In this document: piece by piece, positions 12,711-22,323 of the stretch
Layout: each line of letters begins with the position of its first letter
Position numbering within the stretch: the first letter of the stretch is position 1
Assembly: GCA_964255285.1 (NCBI GenBank)
Contig: CAXUUL010000087.1
Location: forward strand, 1-34,508
Length of the DNA stretch: 34,508 bases
From: Ionaspis alba
Taxonomy: Eukaryota
Direction: 5' to 3'
Notes under the pieces: generated by a model
Databases searched by the model: none
Told to the model about the DNA's origin: nothing
The model's input: only the letters and a program-made list of their open reading frames with translations
Made by a program: the position numbers and the translations under genes

Positions 12711-14087
12711 TCATGCCAACATTCCACCTCCATCTCTAAGTCTTCTCAGCCAAGCCAGGAAAGCAGCAAATACGCTGGTCGTTTGAAACCTTTCACAAAA
12801 AGCAATCATTGCCTCATACCTCTCCTCAACATCGACCCCAGTGGCTTCCACCAGCTTGGTCAAATCAACAGGACAGAGATACATCGGCTGCCGTGCATCC
12901 TCGGCCAAACTCGCCGTGCTCTGCATCACACAAGCATAATAAACGCAATGACCGATCCCAAAACAATGACCCAACTCATGGCTCGTAGTCCGACACACCC
13001 TCGCGAACCAGAGCCAGGACAGATGAAACGCAATTAAATGCGGGGATTGCCTTGCCTTGAAACAAGCGGTGTAATAACACACGGCAGCTTGCATCGGCTT
13101 CATTTGTTGGAGACTATGATCGAAAGGCACAGTCTTCGCCGCAGCAGCACCAGAACCAACCTTCACCTTCTTCTTCGGCCGGGGCGCAGCATCAGAGGCT
13201 TTCTCGCAGCACGCCTGTACGTAAGCCTGGCAATGCGAAGCTGGCCAGGCGTGCTCACGCTCTACGTTCTGCCGCGCATCTAGATTTGGATCGTAGCGAG
13301 CGGTCGAGACGACGGCGACGCGACTGCCGCCGTATGCACGTCCACACGCGAAGTCGTCGTCTGGGCTTTCGAAGATATCGTGCTCGACTAGCAGGAGCAG
13401 GGCATATGCATCTTCGGGTAGGATGCTCATTGCCACATCCAAGAGGTCGTCCAGATTCAGCTGATTGGAAAAGAGACCAGCGGGTGTAGGGCGGGTGCGG
13501 ATGCGAATGATTTCGCTTGAGGTCTTGAGTCCGATAGAGGACGTGTCATCGACACTGAGTCTGGCTTTGGCCCTTGATCGCGAGCCTTTGGGATTGGATG
13601 TTTCCCAGCTGGTGAAGTGGAGGGGTGGGGCGGATAACATCCTGACAGGGAGGCCGTGGTAGAATGCTGCTAGATAGTCTACAACGTCCTGAGTCTTTGG
13701 CGTCGTGAGATTGAGGTCATCTTTGTGCCTTTCAGGATAGCTCCATGAGCTGATGAAGTGGACCTCTTTTGATATGATGGGAGGTGCTGCCACGTAGATT
13801 ACGTTCTTCTCCGGGGTGACTTTGTTACGATGTTTGTTGCTTAAGAACGAGCGTAAACTCTGGGCAGGCTGCTTCGGGTCCGATGACAGGTCGTCTTCGG
13901 GAAGCACTAGTGGACCAGGGAACGATGCGGCGTCGGCACTGCTGTCGTTTTTCTTCTTCCCGGCAGCTGTGGCTCGCTGCTGCTCACTGCGTCTTTGGAA
14001 GCCTGCTTCGGAGGCATGAGGGGACTCGGAGAGTAGTAATGTGCTATGTGCACAAAATGTTTGTTTGTTGACCATGTCTGCCACCAT
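12711..14087 (-). CDS. Archaemetzincin-like zinc metalloprotease (peptidase M54)
   Basis: HELGHCFGIGHCVYYACVMQ metzincin motif with Met-turn, plus QLNLDDLLD, CGRAYGGSRVAVVS and YLCPVDL. Intact 458-aa single ORF. Confidence 0.92.
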   Translation of the reverse strand: MVADMVNKQTFCAHSTLLLSESPHASEAGFQRRSEQQRATAAGKKKNDSSADAASFPGPLVLPEDDLSSDPKQPAQSLRSFLSNKHRNKVTPEKNVIYVAAPPIISKEVHFISSWSYPERHKDDLNLTTPKTQDVVDYLAAFYHGLPVRMLSAPPLHFTSWETSNPKGSRSRAKARLSVDDTSSIGLKTSSEIIRIRTRPTPAGLFSNQLNLDDLLDVAMSILPEDAYALLLLVEHDIFESPDDDFACGRAYGGSRVAVVSTARYDPNLDARQNVEREHAWPASHCQAYVQACCEKASDAAPRPKKKVKVGSGAAAAKTVPFDHSLQQMKPMQAAVCYYTACFKARQSPHLIAFHLSWLWFARVCRTTSHELGHCFGIGHCVYYACVMQSTASLAEDARQPMYLCPVDLTKLVEATGVDVEERYEAMIAFCERFQTTSVFAAFLAWLRRLRDGGGMLA

Positions 14088-14488
14088 ATTCTACAATGTT
14101 CGCGGCGGCGAACTCTTGACATAAGTACGAGTAGCTCTAGGCACCTCATCTAGGCTCCAAGAGCGGTAAGCTTGCACGATAAATAGTGTGAGTCATCTTT
14201 GTTGTTGCAGGACGATTGACCACTTCTCCATTCCCGTGACGGCTCACGCCAATTTAGGGCTATACTAGGCGGCTATGGTCTCGTTACTCAGCATTTGGAA
14301 GTCTCGGTAGATTGCACGATGGCTACTACAAACACGATTTATACATGCGCTGTGGCGATCCGTATTCAACGTGGCAATCAACTACAATTGCTATATCTTG
14401 CCTAGGTGGAACCGTTGGATGAGCATAGCGATTTTTTCTATCAAGATTGACTGCAAGTCATCCAGGAGCGATGGATTTTCTTAACGTT

Positions 14489-15309
14489 TCAATTCCTGCC
14501 CTTAACTCCTGAAGTCATGAACATCTGCGGCTTCCCAAAGCCGACCATGAGAACTAGCACAATGAGCCACAGTAGCCATACTGTTCCTATACAGATGAAC
14601 CCAAGGTACGACCAAATCTGGAGACTTCCCAGCGAAACATCTATCCCCGTGTATTGGCTCGAGAACGTAGACAGTGTATTAAAAGCAGGATTCATCATCT
14701 GGAGAAACTGGCATTCGTCAAGGTTATCTTTGAGTCCCAGACGCTCGAAAGAGAGGTTTTGTTCCTGGTTCACACTGACGTTGGACGGTGGGTAGATAGG
14801 TATTGATTGCAATTGCTGACGTTAGTCAGTCTGTGCAGGTTTTCTTGTGCTCCAATATCCCTAACTTACCAAGTTCTTGCAAAATTGGAAAAGATCAAAT
14901 TGGGACGCCGAGTCTGTCTTCGCAGTCCCAGTCTTTGCCTCCTCCCAGCTCAGAATGGCGAACACCACAGAGAGGGTCCCAAGGAGTAGGGCGATCAATG
15001 AGAAAATTAGGATCAAGCCACGGTTCAAGCGTTCCTGAAATTGTCTTGCTTCTTCCAGGAGTTGCACTTTATTGTTGCGTATCCAGAGGTTTGCGGCACA
15101 TATACACCTGTTGTCCAGCTCTATATCAACAAAAGGAGGCTGAACTGTTTGCCGAAGGCCTGAGTGAGCCATTGTGATGACAAAAGGTTGAGAGTTACCT
15201 TGCTGTAGTCAACAAAGATTAGTTCTATATTAGTATCTGGGTTCTGGGGCTTCGTATTCAGAAGGGAGACATGCAATGATAGCATGTTTATATAGAAATG
15301 GTCAGCCAT
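14489..15309 (-). CDS. Hypothetical two-transmembrane orphan protein, probably 3 exons
   Basis: A strong intron at 14816-14869 (GTAAGT..GACTAAC..CAG) joins ORFs 14861-15172 and 14489-14812 in frame. Each carries a hydrophobic helix (GLILIFSLIALLLGTLSVVFAILSW; YLGFICIGTVWLLWLIVLVLMVGF). A weaker intron at 15140-15198 links to ATG 15309. Confidence 0.55.
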
Positions 15310-15539
15310 AAAAGCAAGTCAGCCTCGCTGGACAATTCCACTCTATGTTGAAGGGAGCTGGTGTGTGTGTGGGAGACACGGCTGCATGAAAGCTCGCGGG
15401 AAGAGCCGGCTAAGGTCATTGGCGTGGGCGCCACCTCCCCTTTCTATCATGGCTGACTGTGGAAAGCGTCTAGGTGTCCCAGCACGCCTCCCTTTCGTAC
15501 ACTGACAATAGTCGTAGGATAAAATTGGAGTTACCAAGG

Positions 15540-15749
15540 GAGCTTTAGGTCCTCAAGCAGAGTCAATAGAGATTCTGCAGAGAAGCCTTTTTCCNNNNNN
15601 NNNNNNNNNNNNNNNNNNNNNNNNNNNNNNNNNNNNNNNNNNNNNNNNNNNNNNNNNNNNNNNNNNNNNNNNNNNNNNNNNNNNNNNNNNNNNNGAGCTT
15701 TAGGTCCTCAAGCAGAGTCAATAGAGATTCTGCAGAGAAGCCTTTTTCC
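15540..15749. other. Scaffold gap (N 15595-15694) flanked by an exact 55-nt duplication
   Basis: 15540-15594 equals 15695-15749 (gagctttaggtcc...cctttttcc). Confidence 0.95.
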
Positions 15750-15781
15750 AGGGCTAAACATGCAGGCTAGAGTATCCTTGC

Positions 15782-15804
15782 ACGCGTGCTACGTAAACGC
15801 GAAA
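15782..15804 (+). promoter_or_regulatory. MCB-type cell-cycle boxes upstream of RAD57
   Basis: ACGCGT at 15782-15787 and ACGCGAAA at 15797-15804, within 45 nt of the ATG of a recombination gene. MBF control of DNA repair genes is established in yeasts. Confidence 0.5.
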
Positions 15805-15823
15805 TCCATTCCCAATTCTACTC

Positions 15824-17308
15824 ATGACTGATCTTCTCCACATTCTTCCTGACTTCCCCACAAATGGATATACACATCTGATACCATCGCTAGAGAGAAA
15901 TCTCATTACTACTACAGACCTTCTGACTCTTGATGCCGTGGAAGTAGCTAAACGGGCGCGTCTTCCCGTTCTTGATGTGCGGCGGCTCGCCAACCACATC
16001 GTCACCCTCCTCCAGGGACAGCTTGGCCTACAAACCCATCAAGCTCCGGCTCCAGGTTCCGGCGAAGAACAGTCACGAAACTCAGAAAAGGAGACGCCTC
16101 CACAGAGAGTAGGGCAAGATCTGCCTCAGCAATGGCAAACAATCAGCACCCTCGACCCTGCGCTTGACACCGCTCTAGGTGGCGGCATACCTACAGGCTA
16201 CATCACCGAGATAACCGGCGAAAGGTCCGCTCCTCCCCTTTCTACGTTCCACCTCTTCAAACTAACCCTGCGGCCCTCCAGCGGCGCCGGCAAAACCCAA
16301 CTCCTCCTCACCCTCCTCCTAACCACACAACTGGCCCCTCCGCATGGCCTCTCCCGCCCAACACTCTACATCAGCACCGAGCATCCCCTCCCCACAACCC
16401 GACTTTCCCAAATCCTCCGTACCCACCCGCGCCTCTCCACCGCCTCCCCGGCGCCTTCTCTCACGAATATCCTAACCTACCCCCTCCCCGACCTCGAAAC
16501 CCAAGACCACATCCTAACCTACCAACTCCCCGTCGCCCTTGCGCGTCACAACATCGGCCTCATAGTCATCGACTCCGTCGCCGCGAACTACCGCGCCGAG
16601 ACCTCCTCCGCCACCACTCTTTCCACCTCTGTGCAAAAGGGCGGCCAGACACGCAAAATCACTCCGCTTACAGGTCCCGCGGCATTGGCTTCCCGTTCCG
16701 CGGACTTGGTCCGTTTGGGCCAGCATCTGCGCAAATTGGCAAGAGAGTTCAATTGCGCGGTCGTGGTCGCGAACCAAGTCGCCGATCGCTTCTCCGCATT
16801 CCCTTTCCCCAACGTCATGGAGACGCCGCAGGTATCGTCGCCATTGCCCTCGTCCGCGGGATCTGCGTCTGGAGTAGTGGGGCAAGCCGGTCGGGCGATA
16901 CAGGATCAGTTCGTGGCGGATCGGCGGTTGACGCTAGATCATCAGCAAAGGTTTTTCACCGGGTGGGGCGATGGGATTGGGGAAGGGGAGGAGAGGAATT
17001 TGAAGTCGCCTGCGCTGGGACTGGTGTGGGCGAATCAGATTGCTTGTAGGGTTGCGCTTGTGAGGGAGGGGAGTTGGGCGAGGGATGTGCCTTCGAGAGC
17101 AGGTGGTGGGGAAAGTGGCATGGCGGGGTCTAGCGCGGAGGATATGAGGATGGAGGGCGCGGAGTGGGCGCCTAGACGGTGGAGGAGGTGGATGAGAGTT
17201 GTGTTTGCGCCATGGGTTGCTGGTGTGGGGGCTGGGGAGAAGGGCGTGGAGTTCGAAGTATGGGCGGGAGGTGTCAGGAGTTTGGGGACTGTGGATGAAC
17301 AAGGATAA
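15824..17308 (+). CDS. RAD57: RAD51 paralogue Rad57/XRCC3, 2 exons
   Basis: MTDLLHILPDF..TTDLLTLD N-terminus, ISTLDPALDTALGGGIPTGYITEITGE. Intron 16225-16281 restores Walker A GESGAGKTQ. Also LYISTE, LIVIDSVAANYRAE (Walker B), VVVANQVADRF, LDHQQRFFTGWG, PALGLVWANQI. Confidence 0.93.
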   Translation: MTDLLHILPDFPTNGYTHLIPSLERNLITTTDLLTLDAVEVAKRARLPVLDVRRLANHIVTLLQGQLGLQTHQAPAPGSGEEQSRNSEKETPPQRVGQDLPQQWQTISTLDPALDTALGGGIPTGYITEITGERSAPPLSTFHLFKLTLRPSSGAGKTQLLLTLLLTTQLAPPHGLSRPTLYISTEHPLPTTRLSQILRTHPRLSTASPAPSLTNILTYPLPDLETQDHILTYQLPVALARHNIGLIVIDSVAANYRAETSSATTLSTSVQKGGQTRKITPLTGPAALASRSADLVRLGQHLRKLAREFNCAVVVANQVADRFSAFPFPNVMETPQVSSPLPSSAGSASGVVGQAGRAIQDQFVADRRLTLDHQQRFFTGWGDGIGEGEERNLKSPALGLVWANQIACRVALVREGSWARDVPSRAGGGESGMAGSSAEDMRMEGAEWAPRRWRRWMRVVFAPWVAGVGAGEKGVEFEVWAGGVRSLGTVDEQG

Positions 17309-17661
17309 AGAGAAAGCTTGATGTTTAAACGATGTTCTTGATGAATCAAAGATTTTTTCTACTCTAGTGCGTGGATTATCGTCTTCTCTGGTATCGAAGC
17401 GCCTCGTAACGCCTCCGTATTGCCAATAACGAAGAACACCAGTAGCCTCCAATGTCCTAACCAATCGCATGGCGCTCACTCAGTGCAGCAGCACAATGAG
17501 GCCGGGGGATCATAAGTCCAAATTCCTGCCCTTCACGCCATTTGTTCTCCATCCGTCGTGATCCAATTGCCCTCATCCAAACCCCTGACCAACTTCAAAA
17601 CAACAATTTTTGCAGACCCTCCACCCATATCACTTATCCTCATAAAACACTGTCAATCCCA

Positions 17662-20384
17662 TCACAAACCCAATTGCCCTTTCCAATCTACCTTCTCCTT
17701 TCGACACCACTCCCCCAACAAACTCCACCCAGCCCTGACCGCCTCAATCCCAGTCGTCACCCCACTCATGGGTAAGTAAAAGTCTCCATTCAGCGCCGTC
17801 ACACTCAATTTCTCCTTCGCAAACGCCAGAGGTGCTCTCGCCTTCTTCGCCCAGGACTGTGGAAACTCGGTCTGCAAGTCTTCAATTGGCAGTTTCAGCG
17901 TGCCCGATATCCACAGCTGCTGTGTAAGACGATGGTTATCGATGGCCTTGGCCTTGAACTTGAGATACTCCTCGTACTTGTCCTGTTGCTGTTGGGCAGA
18001 TTTCGAAGGCGCCTCCCGGGCTGTGCTATCCCCGTTGGTATCCGGCGTCGGCAGTTTGACTTCTGCTGGGATGTTGGACGGCAGTGGAAGAGAGTCCAAT
18101 CTTTCCAGATCAGAAGATCTGATGATTGTGCGAACTACGGCTTCGAGTTGATCACATAAACCATTGAGGAGGATTTGGCTTGAAGTCCTGCGCTTGACAA
18201 CGTATAGCCAAGCAAGGATAGTCTCCCACGCCTTGACGTCCGCGAGACGACGCGTCGATCTGCCTTGCTCGTCGTTGATGGTGTAGGCGAGCATGAAGCA
18301 GAGGACTGTTTCGACAGCGGTGGCCATACATTTCTTCTCTGTTGCAGGGTCCCTGCTGGTTTCAAAGGTTCGAAATAGAGCATCTGCTTCGTGCTTTAAG
18401 GTGCGGCCAAGGTTGTAGAATTTGTTCTGCTCGGTCCGCCACAGCTTATCGGTTTCTGAGGTGCTAGAGTGCGTGCTGGTAAGGGAAGAGGTGTTTGAGG
18501 CGGAACGTTCGGCTCGATTCACCTTTTCGACGCTGCTGGGGGCGAGCGGGGTGACATCTCGGGCGGACCCTTGGGGAGTCTTGACTTCTCCTTCTGCCGC
18601 GTCTATGCGTCGAGAAGAAGAGGGTGGTCTGCTATCGTTGGAGGGAGTCGATGGTCGCAGTTTGGTTGCACTGCTATGGTGAGACAGAACAGGCGACTTG
18701 AACGGGGGAGGATTCGGAGTGCTTGGTTTCTTAGCAAGGTCCAGCCCGTTTGGTGGCTTTTGGCGCTTGCTCTGTGGCGCAGAGGTTGAAGGCTCGTCAT
18801 CCTTTCTAGGACGTTTGTCTCCAGCCTTGACCGAGTTCAAGGAGGTCTGACGCGACATTACTTCTGCCTTAATATGAATCTCATTGCGTCGAACGGTGGC
18901 TGTTTTGTGATTTCCCATAGCTTCCTGCCGTTCTGGGCGATCTGATGCTCGATCCTTCTCGGCTCTGGATGGCTGCTTCCTGTCAATGTCTCTTTCGGGT
19001 GTGGCCTTCTGCTCCTGCCTATAAACTTTCGATGGATCAGTTTTAGTGGGGTGAGGTTTCATCTGGATCAACCTCGCGAAGTCTTTGCGTCGCGCTCTGG
19101 GAATCTTGATCTTCACCAGCTTACTCTTCTTCACTGATTCTGCCTCGGTGGCCGCTGTGGACTTGTCAACACTTGAACGAGGTTTGCTGGAGGACTCGAC
19201 TTGGCGACTTGGTGACGCTTTCGAAGGAGTGGTATCATTAGGACGAAGCTTCTTTTCGCCATGATCCCGAACAGATGGCTGACTTCCATCATCCACACGT
19301 TTGACTGAATCACTTGAAGTGGACGATTTGTTTCGGATGTGTGACTTATTCTCATCGCTATCCTTTCGCGTCGCGGCTTTAAGCTCTTGTGAAGACCGCG
19401 AGGACTTCGGGTCAAGCTTCTTGTTCGATCCCGAAGAGTTAGTAGAAGTAGTCTTTTGATGCTTGGACTTCTCGACCTCAGATGTTGTGCTGTCGACTAT
19501 CCGAGAAAGCTCCTCTTCAACCATAGCTGGCAAAGAGGGCGACAAGAGGGACGGAAGAGCGCGTCTCGAAGGTCCTGCGGACGCAGTATTCGGCTTTGAG
19601 GAAGCTGTCGGAGGCGGTGAAGTCCGAGCCTTCTTGGTTAGAGGTGTAGAGACGTGAGGTGTGGCTTTTACTTGAGAAGGCTTGGTCTCTAGCATTGCAT
19701 CTGCCGATCTAAAACTTGTTAGAACACGGCCTCAGGCTAATGATGGAGGGTCTCTGTTGCATACCTTTTCTGACCATGACTTTGGCTTGAAGCATTAGGT
19801 TTGGGAGGCAATGGCTTGGGAGGCAGTGGCTTAGGAATACCAACGCGTCCAGGCTTCATAGTGTTTAGATCCCTCTCCTGGTTTATCTCTATTCCGTTGG
19901 TCGCAGACGTATCCTTCGACCCCGACTGAGTGGTGGCCTTCTTGTTTTTGTATTCAGCTAAGCTGATCTTCTTCCCTGTTGTCTGTCCTGGTCTCGGTGT
20001 AGTAGTGCCACTCCTCGAATCCTCCAATCGCGACGACGTGTTGTCTATGATTTCACCCTTGTCGTTGTCCCAGCCACCAATAGCTCTGATGAGACCGTCG
20101 TCAAAATCACGACTCAGAAAGCTCATGTATTGTAGTTGCTCTTCGTTGACATCGAACGGCGTGTTTCTTCTCCAATCGTTTGCTTGATAGGAAGTGAGAG
20201 TGTAGGGTTGATCCGACGGGACAGTCAGCATATACGGTGCGGATGGCAGGACTCTCTTGCTGATGTGACCGAGTCGAGCGTTAAGTTTGTCCAACTCAAT
20301 GTTCTCGCGCTCTTTAGAACTCTTTGAGACGTTCGAAGAGTTTGTGGGTATTGGATTGAATTTTGCAGAATTTATAGACATCAT
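17662..20384 (-). CDS. Large low-complexity nuclear protein with helical C-terminal domain; resembles fungal Ell-binding protein Ebp1 (AF4/AFF-like), 2 exons
   Basis: Intron 19709-19764 (GTATGC..CTAAC..TTAG) joins the 249-aa and 677-aa ORFs in frame. Conserved-looking blocks PYMLTVP, EEQLQYMSFL, KKISLAEYKNKK, VKIKIPRARRKD and LGRTLKH..AVETVLCFMLAY. The gene is secure; the Ebp1 identity is from recall. Confidence 0.75.
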
Positions 20385-22323
20385 GTTGTGGTGTGTTGAA
20401 GTTGTTTGTGTGGTGTTGATGTGTTGTTTGAAAAGGCTGGAAGTGATAATGGACGACAGACAAAGGTATTCTGGATGGTAAGTCAAGTTGTTGCGTGAAT
20501 TTGCAAGATGAATCCCAAGCCAAATACTTCAGAGAATAATAGAGCTTGCGAAAAGGTCGTGTAGTTATTGTGGAAGCATGGTCAGATCGTAGGCGGATTT
20601 GATTTAGACTGCCGTGCTGCTATTGTCCTCTAGAGTCTCAACAAGGTTCAATAAGGATTTGAACAATTGCGCTCCCGTCAAAGGCTTCGACCACCTTAGG
20701 CGTTCTTCAGTAGAGCCACAGGATCCTACCACCACGTCCAACCTGTAGTGATTTGGTTTGATGTCGCCAGAGCCGTGGATTCCACAGGTCGGTGCATCGC
20801 TTGTAAGAAAGCGTAGAATTGGCCGAAAGAAGCAGCCAGGTGTAGCGATCGTGCCGATATTCAGTAGCAAATCGAGCACAGTATGAGCTTGAATCTGTGC
20901 TGAAGTCGGAAAAACAGAATTCTTGGGTTATAGAAGTTTTCAGAGGAATGGGGCAGTCGGGGTGGTGGCAGTGATGGTTGGCAGCCAGATGCGAGGGCAC
21001 GTAGGACGAACAGGGTTCTGGGCTGGGTCTGAGAGTTTGTGACCTGCATGCACAAGCGTCCGCTCTCCGTTCATGTTCCAATCATGGTAATGTAAGGCTG
21101 GCGGCGGCAGAACTAAAACTGGCAGGGATATATTACAGCCTAGTCTCCGGGCGAACAAGGCGGGTTTACCGAACATGGGGCTGCCCTTGTTCCACATATC
21201 TACGTCGCTATATACACGTATATACAGATTTTCCAAAGAAACGCTTCCACAGAGTACCTCACTGAACGCATGGATGAGTGCGAGCTGAACGAAATCACGT
21301 TGCCGTTGAGCTGTACGTGAGTCTCTTATGCTGGCTCACCCTGTATTCGAGACACCCGTAAGGACTAGAGCAGAACCAGTGTAGACATGTCTATGGCCTG
21401 TTGTGTCACTGCGGTACAGTTCTGCGAGATAGACGCCAGGCGAGTCTTTCTTGTCGTGCGCCAGATTGATGAATCGAGCTGCGGTTGAGGGCCAGGTGCC
21501 ACTTAAGAGACCTTTGAAACTTGACTCACTCTGAAACTGAGGCTTTCTGTGGAAAACATCTCTAGAGTGTTGGTGTTTCTTCTGGCTGTAGTTCCAGAAG
21601 CTCCCCGAAGATCGCAATGAGACGGATGCGAGAGTTCTGATTATCCTTGCCATCGGAGGCAGTGTGTTTGGTGAAGTGTACCATTCTTTGATTGTGAAGA
21701 TCCGAGAGTTGATTGATCAGCGAAGAACAACAAAACTGTAACTGCAAGTGTCTGGTTGAACTGGAGCTTTGATAACAGATACGAAGAAAGTGCCAAGGCA
21801 GAGCGAAGTCTCGAATTAGTACTTCTATATTGATGAGTCTCCCAGTCTTTATATCAAAAGCACTCCGGCAGGAAGTTGCCGGTAATAAACAGGCTTTAGT
21901 TTAGTAAATGGTGTTACTGATGTGCGAGACGACCTTTCTTAAACATTCCTTATTCAGTTGGAGTCTAGACGGCGAAACCCTTTCTGCAATATATCGGCGC
22001 TAATATCAACCAAGCACCATAGCACCACGCTCATTATCACCTTGAAGGCTATAGTCTAGACGCCGGTGTGCTATGCCACAGCTTAATCATGCTCTCGTTG
22101 TGCTCTCTTATGCTCTTGATACTCACTCAAAGTAGCTATACACTTTTAAAAAGATGGGAAGATGTAAATGAATAAGCCTAAATTCGGTGCATACAGTTTT
22201 ACATAAACACAGATATATGCATTCGAACATGCTGAGTGGACTAGGTGAGAGCGTAATATCTCGTGAACAAAACGAGACATGATCGTATGGCTGTACATCA
22301 TGCCGAACTTCTGCCAGTCTAAC

